From the NCBI GenBank assembly GCA_964016885.1, contig OZ024744.1, forward strand, positions 54,002,001-54,066,000: a DNA stretch of 64,000 nucleotides. The letters are read 5' to 3'. The notes under the pieces were generated by a model that was not told where the DNA came from, ran no database searches, and saw only the letters and a list, made by a program, of their open reading frames with translations. A program made the translations under genes and the position numbers. The stretch comes from Eledone cirrhosa (Eukaryota). The stretch's first letter is position 1. Each line of letters begins with the position of its first letter. Of the stretch, positions 51,942 through 64,000 are shown one piece after another.

Positions 51942-52073
51942 TATATATGTAATCTAAGATTTTCGAATATAATAATAATATTCGATTCGTTTGCAATTAT
52001 TTATGCAAACAGCCTCGTTTAAGGCATGTCAGTAGAATGAGCCCCTCATTTTTGCTCTTGTGTTGGCATGTAA

Positions 52074-52120
52074 ACTGTACTGATGAAGGGTAATCACCCA
52101 GAAACATCAGTGTCTGCAGT
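52074..52120 (+). ncRNA. Type I hammerhead ribozyme in the loop of a long inverted repeat
   Basis: actgta CTGATGA a gggt aatc accc a GAAA ca tcag tg TC tgcagt. Confidence 0.75.
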
Positions 52121-52284
52121 TCTGTTTACATGCCGACACAAGAGCAAGAATGAGGGGCTCAATCTACTGATATGGCTTAAAAGAGGGTGTTTGCATAATT
52201 GCAAACGAATCGAACATTACATTTATTGTATTCAGCCATATAGAGTGATAACTATTTGTTAGTTATTACACACACACACACACG

Positions 52285-52373
<89 letters not shown>

Positions 52374-52375
52374 CC

Positions 52376-52474
<99 letters not shown>

Positions 52475-52819
52475 TATACATATATATATACATATATATA
52501 TTTATTAACATAACAGATTAAAGTTTAAGCAAAGAATCGCTGCTTTCACCCTTAACGGGATCTTCTGTTATTTTAATAAATATTTGCTCTTCGGTTCTTA
52601 TATATTGGATATATATTTTCCTTATCGAGCCCTCTTTGGATTTTAGTCTTCAATTTTATTATTATTACTATACATATATATATAAAGTTAGTATGTTTTG
52701 AAACAGCGAGCAAGTTTGAAATTAGAAAATAGAAGCTTTCATCGTATTTTTTTTACTAAAGAAATGTTATCCTGATAGTGGGGTTTAGAACCCTCAGAGA
52801 AATGGAAAAAGGTGAGTAT

Positions 52820-52890
52820 TGACGTACATGGGAGTCGAACCCACATCTTTGGTTATCCAGACCACTGTGCTACCATTACACCAACACATC
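52820..52890 (-). pseudogene. tRNA-like sequence (pseudogene or SINE head)
   Basis: gatgtgt TGGTGTAATGGtagcac..gtgGGTTCGACTCCcat gtacgtc; G-U-rich acceptor stem, imperfect anticodon arm (loop CTGGATA). Confidence 0.55.
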
Positions 52891-53066
52891 ACCTATATAT
52901 ATAATGATTAAAAGTTTAACAAGGTTCATTGAATTAATCAATGAATAAAGTTTTACAATAGATTAGAAGCACTCAACTGCGAGGTTTTCTGGAGTTATTA
53001 ATATTACTAATGTATAATAAAATATATTTGATCACATGAATGTCTATATTTATTAATATTCTGAAG

Positions 53067-53759
<693 letters not shown>

Positions 53760-54600
53760 TGATTTATAAAATTATAACTTGCTATAAAATAACATAATAT
53801 TCATACTCTAATTACATTATTAAGATGGAAAATTTAATTTTTTAACATCTTAACTTTATAGCATTTAATCCTTAAAGCTATCTAAATTATTAATAAATCA
53901 CTAGCAATTTCCTTTACGCTCTACTGCTATTACAAATAAGGGATTATTCTTCTGTAAACTCTCGGAATTTCCATGGGCTTAGAAATATTCGGATATTTTA
54001 AACTTACAAATTTTTAAAAATAATTAATTAATAATTAATAAAATTATATATGGTTTTGTAATAATAGCATATTTTCTAATAATATATATTTTAATAATAT
54101 ATATTCTTTAATAATATATAGGTCTCAATTTTAATAATCTAACATACACATTTAAACTACGGATTGAATTGATAAATTATTAATTAAACATTTAATCAAA
54201 TTTATTAATTAAACATTAGATAAAATTCTTCAACTTATCATTATAATGAATCCGGATATTATTATTTATCCACGCTTTATTATTTATTGTTTACCCATGC
54301 TACGGTATTCATCCACGCTATATTCATTTCTTCGCCTCTTCTCTCAAAATTACGCTATTCTCTCTCACTTAAATATACTCAGGTTTTTCTCTTTCTTTCT
54401 TTCGTTTTTTCTCGTTCTTTCTTTTTTCCCTATTCCAACGGTTTAATTTAAATATACTGTTATTTAAACCTTTCCGACACTAATTTGCATAATAAACCAA
54501 CAATAAATCTAATAACTCCACTATCCAGAAGATTCCAACCAGAATGGTTGCATTTTTTCAGGGTAAGTCAATATTTATTTATAAAACTAACCTATATTAA

Positions 54601-54664
54601 ATTTTATCTGATGGAAGCGCACCATAGTTTGCTTTGGTGGCCCTTGAAATATGTATAATGAAAT
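54601..54664 (+). ncRNA. Hammerhead-like motif (core CTGATGG, A9 altered), relative of 59784-59849
   Basis: ttttat CTGATGG aag..ctt GAAA tatgta TA atgaaa; downstream ~50 nt match 59830-59885. Confidence 0.5.
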
Positions 54665-54745
54665 AAATATGGTTTTATAAATATAGTTTCCATTTGTTAA
54701 TATATTGTATTATATATATATATTGTATTATATATATATATGTTG

Positions 54746-54840
<95 letters not shown>

Positions 54841-54843
<3 letters not shown>

Positions 54844-56060
54844 CAGATTAAAGTTTAAGCAAAGAATCGCTGCTTTCAGCCTTAACGGGATCTTCTGAAA
54901 CTAACAAAGTCAATCTGTGAACGCAGAAGTGAATATTTCAAAAAACGTTGCAACCAGAGGAAGACAGGGAGACGATACTTTGGTTCGTGGAAACGTTCCT
55001 TGGCAAAGAACGTCATTATTTGGAGCGGTGAAAAACAATTACAGGCAAAGTGTGTGCGTGTATACAAATAATTAAATAAACGTATATAAATAAATAAATA
55101 CGTATATAACAAGCGCACACACATACCTACATCTAAATACACATATGTTCGGAGACGTACAAGCATACGAGAAAACACTCGGCATAGGTATACAAATACA
55201 CGCACATATAAATATGTGTGTGTATACAAATAATTAAATAAACGTATATAAATAAATAAGTACGTATATAACAAGCGCACACACATACCTACATGTAAAT
55301 ACACTTATTTTCGGAGACGTACGTTAACCAAAACACGAAGTACACATATATAAACACCCTACATACGTACGAACCGGCCTACTCACATAGACGCAAAACT
55401 AACGTATACACATAACCAAAAGCATATGTACCAGAATATATAAAATATACAATCAAATATACGTTCGAGAAAGTATACGTACCTTCACAAAACATACAGG
55501 TAATATATATTTATCTATACAAATAAGTAATGGTATAAACATAACATATCCTTAGCTACCACATCAAGACGTAAAATATCCGCGTATAGATCGTACTATC
55601 CGTTAGGGTATAATGTGGGGCTGTAATACAGGAAAGTTTTGTGCAATTTATGTTTACAAGCCGAAAATGCCTCAGATTTTTTGTTTAAGATGTGGTCTGT
55701 GGCGTAGAGTATTTCCAGGGCCTCAGCGGCGCAGAGGTCACATGGTCTTTTATTTCCGTTATACGATCTAGCCCTAGCTAGGATCTCCCAGTGTAACTTA
55801 TATTGGGTGTGGTTGTCTTTTAGACTCCAGATATAAGCTGAAAGTGACGTCATATTCCTTCTTAGAGGGTAACGAAAAGAATGGGTATGCATGTAAAGAC
55901 GCTGCTTGAATCTATTGGCGGTTAACCCTATGTAGGCCCTACGGGACGTGGGTGTTTCATCCTTTGCTCTACGGTTCTTATATATTTGATATATATTTAT
56001 CCTTATCGAGCCCTCTTCGGATTTTAGTCTTCAAATTTATTATTATTACTATATATATAT
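54841..56060 (-). mobile_element. Penelope-like 3' fragment (GIY-YIG endonuclease half + 3' region) between (TA)n tracts
   Basis: AYIGLTANRFKQRLYMH..SLSAYIWSLKD..CDLCAAE..LNKKSE..CKH (55596-55940). Confidence 0.8.
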
Positions 56061-56173
56061 ATATTGCTTTCTTCACAACTTTGCCACCGGGAAGGTGGCC
56101 GATCAATGTTAAGAGAAAGAAACTAGATATTTATGTATACATATATATATATATATATAGGAAAAGAGTCAGG

Positions 56174-56269
56174 ACCCCGACGGCTGAGCTCCGGCAGTTT
56201 CGATAGCTAGATCCGAACTAAACCAGTAGTATTAGGACGGTAGGGACCTAGCTGAACTTATCAAGGGGT
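56174..56269 (-). ncRNA. Hammerhead with U3-A8 core variant in a PLE pseudo-LTR-like segment
   Basis: Minus strand acccc TTGATAA g..agctaggtcc/ggatctagct..c GAAA c tgccggagctcagcc GTC ggggt. Confidence 0.55.
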
Positions 56270-56879
56270 ACAGTCCATATATGGGCATGCAGTCAAAAGA
56301 GAGTAGACGTATGAAATCAAACAATCCTACATATTGTTGTTTTTCTTGTCTGTCACGGGGAGTGGTCAATGATTTTGGGATATCATATACATGGTTAAAT
56401 CCTTTATAGCGGCGGAGAGGGGGGGGGGGGGGGTGAACTGCCCTGTAGAACAAAGAGGAGGGAGTAATATGACATTCCGACCTGTGGATGCCAAGCCGGT
56501 CAATCGTTAAGAGAGAAATCTTTACAACTATCTCTAAAATAGGGGTAAAATCAGCATATGAGAATCACTGAATGTTGTAGAGTGAAAGTGTGTAAGCCAG
56601 GTCTAACAGTTGGCTAAAGAGCAAATCAAAAAGAAGTTAACACTAATTAAATTCCTAATTAATAAAATTTAGTTATCAGTTATTCTCCTGCACTGGAACA
56701 GCACCTCAATATAGTAATTTACCAATATTATCTTCTATAATGATACACACAAAAAAAAGAAACCATGGCTATGTGTTCGGCCGGTACTATGTATATTTAA
56801 CAAGAGGGAAAATATTCGGGTTAACCTAAGGAAGAAAGGAGACTGAATATAATAGTATAGATATGCAAAGATACACCAA

Positions 56880-59150
56880 AGTGTTTTCTTAATATTCCAA
56901 CAAACTCACGAGGGCATCCAAGTTTCTCCAATATGACCCACAATGCACTACGATTAACAATATCAAAGGCTTTGGTAAGGTCCACAAATACTTGCTAAAG
57001 TAACACTTACTGCTCAACACACTTTTCCATAAGCTTAGGGGCTGAGAAAATCATGTCCATAGTACACCGCCCAGCTTTGAATCCACATTGGGTCTCAGGG
57101 ATGGCACCAGAGCAGATCCATTTTATTAGACAGCAAAAGCAAGGATAAGAATTGTCCTACCGCTTCGAGCAGACTTATATCATGATACACCGCATGCCGA
57201 CTTGGAGCCCTTGCCCTTGTAAATCGAGAGCAATATTGCATCTATCCATTCTTGCGGGACAGGAACGCCTTGCCACGTAGATAAGACTAACCCATGAATG
57301 GCTATAGCAACATTGTTTCCTCCAAAGCAGATCAGCTCAACAGCTATTCCATCCAAACTCGGAGTTTTCCCTATGTTCATCTCTTTGATAATAGACCTTA
57401 TCTCATCAATGGTTGGATCAGACATTATCTCTGTTACAGTCTCCCTTTCTGCCACTCCATTGATAATTTCCTCATCAAATAAAGAAGGGTTGTCAAACAG
57501 ATCTTTAAAGAGTTCAGTCCACCGACGCTTGATATCTGCTGGATCTTTGATGAGTATTTTCCCATCATTTCACTTTAATGATCCCATTTTTGTGGGATGT
57601 GGGCGAAATACTTGGCTTATTGTGCTGTATATTATTTTCAAGCCTCCGCAGTTATAAACCCTCTGCATCCCTGCAGAAACTCCAGACCACCAGCTGTTCT
57701 TCATCTTTTGAGTTACATTTGTCGTTGCAGTTTTGATTTACTTCTCCTCAATAGTAGTGCTCAATGGACCATCTGCAACAAGGCACTTCTCATACAACTT
57801 GTTCTTTTCTTCAATGAACATGGTGATTGTAGCATCATTATCATCAAACCAATCTCTGTGCTTTGTCTTTTTAAGACCAATTACATCAGCACCAACACTG
57901 TAAACATGTGTCTTAAACTGTCCCCAAGTACCATCAAAGACGACGTTGTCAAGTGCCTTTTGAAGAGAATCTCGCATTTCTACACTTTGCAGTTTTGACA
58001 CACCTATACGTCTTGGCACTTGTACCCCTGCTGCCCTCAAAATTCATCTGATCTGCACCTTCATTTTCTCACGCACGATTTTGTGGCCTATACCACATTC
58101 TGCACCACGCATTACTCTGACTGAACAGATATTCTAGAGGTCTCTCTTCCTGGTGATGCTATAATCCTAGATGTATCCATGTTTCGATCTTGGGTGTAAC
58201 CACGTGGCATTGTGGATATCCTTTTACTGAAAAAATGTTACATATGACCAGCTCAAACTCAGTGCATAACTGCAAAAGAAGGGCACTGATATTCATCTTG
58301 CCCATGCAGTGATATCCTAAAACATTCCAGTTGTGGTCGTCCTTTCTCACACATACACTAAAATCTCCAAGAAGCAAGATCTTATTCGAATCTGGAATTA
58401 ATGTTATACATCCTCGTAAATCTTGGTAAAAAGCCATGATTTATTCTTATTAATCTGCAGGGTAGGGTCATACACTGAGATGACAGTGATGAAACCTCCC
58501 CTTGAAAGAGGAACTCTTAGGTGCATGATACGATCACTAATGCCTTGGGGTTGCTCCAGTAGTTTTGTGATCTCTGTCCGGACACCAAAACCTACCTCCA
58601 TTCCTTCTCTCTCTATTTGGTTTCACTTTGCAGAAGAACATATAACCAGCACCCCTCTCTGATAGATGACCTTCCCCACTAAAACGGGTTTCAGAGAGTG
58701 CAGCTATATCAAAATTATATCTGCTCAACTCTCTGCCAACAACAGCAGTCCTGCGTTCTGGATTGGTCGATGGTTCCTTGTTAAGACGTGTTCGTATGTT
58801 CCACGTCGCAAGATTCTATTCCTTTGAAAATTATTATTATTTTTCTTGTTTCTCCTGCGGGTATGAACAACCGCCTGCCGCAGGTTGCTGACCAACTTAA
58901 TGGTAGAACAAACAATGTTTGGCTCACCTTTTCTAAACCCCTCCCAATATTTTGGTGGGCAGTGCTCTCCTTGGAAAGGGCTGCTCAGTCACAAAAGACT
59001 CCACCCAATCCAGCTCCTATTCCGAAAACTGGCAACGACGTTAGATAAGCCTTAAGCCGCCTGCGTGCAGATTAGCAACTGCATACCTCCAACTCGTTAG
59101 GTCTGTACACTTCACTGCTTCGCCATCGCCACAGGACTTTGAAGAAATAT
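56880..59150 (-). mobile_element. Decayed RTE LINE (5' UTR, APE endonuclease, first half of RT)
   Basis: DIAALSETRF, ISDRIMHLR, LLGDFS, KHRDWFDDN, QCGFKAGR, FVDLTKAFD. Confidence 0.8.
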
Positions 59151-59411
59151 CTGCACGAGGAGATCATAGCATCATATACTTGTGACACAGCCAGAATCTG
59201 GTGACAAGCAAATACAAGATGATTTGTAGCTGTATCAACCGCAGGTATTTCAGAGTGTCCTCTAAAAAAAAGTTTTTCCAGATAAATAATAATTAGGTAA
59301 AATAGTTTAAATGAAAGTTATTTAAAAGATTAAAAGACAAAAAGAAAAATAAATGAATAAATAAATGAAAATAACATGCACACGCAAATTTACACACCTA
59401 AACAGTATATA

Positions 59412-59444
<33 letters not shown>

Positions 59445-59465
59445 CTCTCTCTCTATATATATCTA

Positions 59466-59511
<46 letters not shown>

Positions 59512-59592
59512 AAAGTTTTATTTAAAATTGTTGGGTTACAACGAGTAAATATTTTATAACTGATATAAAGCACTCAACAAGTTTTGGAGTAG

Positions 59593-59895
59593 ATATACGA
59601 TATTAAACAAATGGAAACTATATTTATAAAACCATATTTATTTCATTATACATATTTCAGGGATACCATATTAAAAATATGGCATGCCTTCTTCAGATAA
59701 ATTACAATATATAAGCAGTTTTATAAATAAATTTGACGTACCATAAAATATTGATCAACTTCCATTTAAAAAAGTTGGTTATGTATTTTATCTGAAGAAG
59801 GCATGCCATATTTTTAATATGGTATCCCTGAAATATGTATAATGAAATAAATATGGTTTTATAAATATAGTTTCCATTTGTTTAATATCGTATAT
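59593..59895. repeat. ~108-bp inverted repeat (59593-59701 / 59787-59895), PLE pseudo-LTR type, hammerhead in each arm
   Basis: Arms are reverse complements; flanked by (TA)n. Confidence 0.85.
59784..59849 (+). ncRNA. Type I hammerhead ribozyme
   Basis: tattttat CTGAAGA agg..atgccatatt/aatatggtat..cct GAAA tatgta TA atgaaata. Confidence 0.7.
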
Positions 59896-59909
59896 ATATA
59901 TATATATAT

Positions 59910-62188
59910 AACGGAGGAAATGTGGTAAGGAACCAGGTGGACCATAACGCACCAAAGTACTCAATACTTAGGGTAGTAGAGTGGGTAATAGGTACGAGTA
60001 GGACCCCGACGGCAGAGCTCAAGCCGTTTCGACAGCTAATTCTGGACTAAATGAAAATTTTTATCCTGGTATTTGAATAGCCGAGCTTCTCAAGGGGTAA
60101 TTCCATATATGGTAAAAGTGATTGTCACAAGGATTGGTCAAAAGTTTGTTGTTAAGATATAATAATTCTATCATGGCAATTTGTGGAGGGAAGGGGTAGC
60201 TGAACCTGCCAGTAGGAGAAAGAGGGAGAGGGGTGGAGGAGACCCAGTCATGCGTTGATAGTGCCGACTACAGCTGGGCATGAGGTCAAAGAAGATACTA
60301 GGGAGGGGGAGGGGGAGGAAGTCGAAACAATAAGTAAAACAATATGGGGTAAATATATAGAAAAATACTGAGTTTGTTAAAAAGCAATTAAATGTAAAAG
60401 AAAAAAAAAAAAAAACTGTTTCTGGTTACTACAACCTAAGGACAGCTATCAAGTCTCTCACTGGTACTGCTAGGCTAAAGAAAGGTTACTAGGTGGGACG
60501 GAATTATACAGAGACCCTTTTAAGAGGTATAAGTAAAAAACCGAGTATATCTTACGGTGGCGGGTCAACAAATGAGGGGCCAAAATACTAAAGAAACTAC
60601 CACGAAATAATAAATAAAGGTTTCTACCCCAGGCACAAGGCCAGAAACCACCCAGTGCAAAAAAATAAACTAATACGAAATAATAATTCAGAATTCCGAA
60701 AAAGAATACTAATACTATCTCTAAGGTGGCCGCCAAGATACAAAAATTCTAGTGCAAACTACATAAATGCTCGTACGAAGTATATGTAAAATTTGATACG
60801 GAAAATTAATTCAGAACCCCCCCCCCCCCCCAAAAAAAAATAAATACTGATATACGAGAAATTAAAGCAAAGATACCCCTAAGAAATATAGAAAGCACGG
60901 AAAAGGGGCAGCGATCGGATAAGAAGGCAAGTATCCAGGGTCTAACACATCTGCTATAAAAAGCGGAGTCGGCCAAATCTACCACAGAATAGAGGAAGGG
61001 GTGGGGGTACTGAGGCTACAAAGGACCGAGGGGTTGCCTCGGGTGGGCGAGAAAATGAAAAGGACGACGACAAAGAAAGAGGACTGGGGTGGAAGGACTA
61101 GGGGTGGGTGGGGGATGAAGGAAATATAGAGGAAGCGATAAAAAGATATAAAAGAAGATCTTACGTCTACCTTTGCAAGCAGGGGTTACCCATTACAAAA
61201 TCGGCAAGTGGGGTGTTATAGCCCTAGTCACCCCCCACCCCCCGGGTCATTATGGGGTTTGAGGGCGAGGTAAGTCCTACGCAATCTGTGTTTACATGCA
61301 GTAACCAGTTCGTCTTTCTTGTTTAGGAGTTGGTCCGTCGAAAACAGCATTTGTAAAGTTTCCTCCGAGCATAAATTGCACGGACGGCGTCCTCCCGTGT
61401 AAGAGTTGGCTCTGGACAGTAGTGAGATCATAGGTAATGTTGTTATCCTTGAGGTCCCATATGTGGCCCGAAAGTGTAGTGGAGTGACGCCGGGCCGGGT
61501 TTCGGAAGGTATGTATGTGTTGGTATAGCCGGGTCTTGAAGTCACATGCGGTTAAACCTATATAAGCTTTGTTGGAGATGTCCGTCCTCACGTTGCACTG
61601 GTAGATCACATTACGATCTCTGCATCTGTTGTCGAGGGGGCAAATTGATCCATCAGGGTCCCTGTATAATTCCGTCCCACCTAGTAAACCTTTCTTTAGC
61701 CTAGCAGTACCAGTGAGAGACTTGATAGCTGTCCTTAGGTCGTAGTAACCAGAAATTGTTTTTTTTTTTTTTTTTTAATTTTACATTTAATTGCTTTTTA
61801 ACACTCTCGGTATTTTTTCTATATATTTACCCCATATTGTTTTACTTATTGTTTCGACTTCCTACCCCTCCCCCTCCCTAGTATCTTCTTTGACCTCATG
61901 CCCGGCTGTAGTCGGCACTATCAACGCATGACTGGGTCTCCTCCACCCCCTCTCCCTCTTTCTCCTACTGGCAGGTTCAGCTACCCCTTCCCTCCACAAA
62001 TTGCCATGATAGAATTATTATGTCTCAACAACAAACTTTTGACCAATCCTTGTGACAATCACTTTTACCATATATGGAATTACCTCGTGAGAAGCTCGGC
62101 TATTCAAATACCAGGATAAACATTTTCATTTAGTCCAGAATTAGCCGTCGAAACGGCTTGAGCTCTGCCGTCAGGGTCCTACTCGTTC
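59910..62188 (-). mobile_element. 5'-truncated Penelope-like insertion: GIY-YIG fragment flanked by ~525-bp inverted pseudo-LTRs
   Basis: VIYQCNV..KAYIGLT..FKTRLYQH, CNLC..E, LNKKDE..CKH (61228-61650); 59994-60517 is the reverse complement of 61656-62186. Confidence 0.85.
60003..60098 (-). ncRNA. Hammerhead with U3-A8 core variant (mutated mirror copy ~62082-62177, + strand)
   Basis: Minus strand acccc TTGAGAA g..cggcta/tagctg..c GAAA cggc ttgagctct gccG TC ggggt. Confidence 0.6.
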
Positions 62189-62229
62189 CTATATATATAT
62201 ATATACACATACATTTACACACCTGTACA

Positions 62230-62267
<38 letters not shown>

Positions 62268-62524
62268 TGTGTAGGTGTGTAAATGTATGTCTAAACCTTA
62301 TGCATTTCTACAGTAGTTCTACAGATGAATGTGAATGTGAACTCTCAGAATTGGCACATATTGAGTAGGGGACCCCTGGGGGCAGGAACCTCTTTTTGGA
62401 AAAAGCAGATAAGTTTGTAAAAGTATAGTTTTCGAAGCAGCACTGAAGTATTGACATAAATGGTATACATAACTGCTATTTAATACCCGAACAACGCCGC
62501 TTACGTCTGCTAGTATATATATAC

Positions 62525-62710
62525 ACCATTGGATGACCGTTGACTCTCGCGAGTTCCTCCGCCCTTTGTCAGGTCTTGTTTTCATCCTGCAGGGTGTCCA
62601 ATCACCCTGCCCACCAAGCAAACTTGGTGGGATTGCCATCTCAGTCCCCGACGACCTGACCATATAACTGGTTGTACTGGGATACATGTTACCAGTAACA
62701 CGACCTGACA
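62525..62710 (-). mobile_element. RTE 5'-end-like fragment
   Basis: Similar to 26965-27100 and 63650-63840. Confidence 0.6.
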
Positions 62711-62749
62711 ACATACATATATAATTCCATATATACATGTATGCATGTA

Positions 62750-62900
62750 TACCTACCTACCTACCTACCTACCTACATACCTACCTACCTACCTAACTAA
62801 CTACCTACCTACCTACCTACCTACCTACCTACCTACCTACCTACCTACCTACCTACCTACCTACCTACCTACCTACCTACCTACCTCCCAACCTACATAC
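62750..62900. repeat. (CCTA)n microsatellite grading into (CATA)n
   Basis: Direct reading; abuts the RTE 3' end. Confidence 0.9.
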
Positions 62901-63840
62901 ATGATGGCTGCAAACTCTGCCAAGGGCATTGCAATCGCTTGTCAAATTCAGATGTGTGACGCTCGGATATGGCTTTTCAAGCCTACTAGAGACTTGCACT
63001 CTTCACACATTGACGACAACTATGGATCTCCCTGGCTTGAGGTTCTGAATCAGGTTGCCTGTGAACCCTCACAACACCGTGAAGATCATAGTTCATGGCT
63101 GCGATTGTGGCTCCTGACACCAGATTTGCTAAAGCAAATATTTCCACACTCAGGGCACTTCAATTCAATGGAGACACCGATCGTTTCGAGAGATACACCA
63201 GGGCATTCCTTACGCACATCCCGTTTGATCTTCTCTTGCTCTATGCGCCAATCCTCAAAATTATGGATCCCATCATTCACTATCCCACGCCAAGTTTCTC
63301 TTTCAAGAGCTTCTATCTCCCAGTCAGCCATAATCAAACCAATCACTTGTCAGATTATAGAAAATGGTGCACTTTTAGGCCACGGCCAGCCACATAAACC
63401 TGTAACAGATCCTGACCAAACAATGCGTGTACTTTGAAGGTTTTTTAAGTGGGAAAAAGCCTTGCACTTGACCAATCCCACTCTCTGAGCCTCGAAAACA
63501 CTACCCAAAAAGGAGAACTGGTCAATATCATCCGATGCTTCCGAAGCCGCAGGTTTTTTGTTTTTTTTCAGGATTTCCCTCTCCTAGAAAGGTGTTGTGA
63601 CACCGACCGGGGCCTTTTACTCCTGGGTGGAAAAAGAAAGTACTATTTGGATGGTCGTTGACTCTGCTGAGTTCCTCCGTCCTTTGTCGAGTCTTGTATT
63701 TCATCCTGCAGGGTGTCCAACTATCAACCTCCTGCCCAAGCAAGCTTGGTGGAGTTGCCGGTTTCGTCGCCGACGACCCGACCATGAGACCGGTTGTACT
63801 TGGTTACATGTTACCCGTAGCACTCGAGAGCGACCTGACA
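62901..63840 (-). mobile_element. Internally deleted RTE-family element (5'-UTR-like part 63430-63840 joined to zinc-finger 3' part)
   Basis: WEIEALERETWR..KRDVRK..CPECGNICFSKSGVRSHNRSH; ctaggagagggaaa and gtgggattggtcaagtgca motifs. Confidence 0.65.
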
Positions 63841-64000
63841 TACATGCATGTACGTGTATATATATATATATATATATCATCATCATCATCAGCGTTTAAC
63901 GTCTATCTTCCACGCTAGCATGGGTTAGTCGGGAGTTGTCCCACTTGAAGCAAGATTGGTTGGGTGACGGAGTCTCTCTCGTTTAGGACTACCTGGCAGG

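Noticed and set aside
53760-54470. Extremely AT-rich stretch, possible mitochondrial insert
   Set aside because: No recognisable mitochondrial gene, rRNA or tRNA; cannot be supported without BLAST
54860-54900. Hammerhead-like CAGAAGA..GAAA on the minus strand (also 52530-52567)
   Set aside because: Core has A at position 4 in both copies, with no clear NUH site or stem I

Overview
Eukaryotic, gene-free, repeat-saturated window. The (TA)n/(TACA)n/(AAT)n tracts and Nin/Deu-type tRNA-SINE suggest a mollusc, probably an octopod cephalopod; this is inference. It is built almost entirely from retroelements stacked in microsatellites. (1) R4/Dong-clade RLE non-LTR retrotransposons: two intact, near-identical 1130-aa RT+RLE ORFs, one decayed copy, and fragments of two further families. 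(2) Three copies of a two-ORF L1/Tx1-clade element in the same (AAT)n tracts but in the opposite orientation. (3) RTE-clade LINEs and bipartite RTE derivatives in (TACA)n. (4) Penelope-like element (PLE) remnants (RT, GIY-YIG, inverted pseudo-LTRs) in (TA)n. (5) SINEs. The structure least explained by the ORF track is a dense set of about 10 type I hammerhead-ribozyme motifs of several designs. These include a 431-bp tandem retrozyme-like unit, a 338-bp perfect palindrome with a hammerhead on each strand, a hammerhead capping a ~250-nt hairpin, and PLE hammerheads with a compensated U3-A8 core (UUGANAA). All coordinates and folds were read by eye and are approximate; no host protein-coding gene was supportable.
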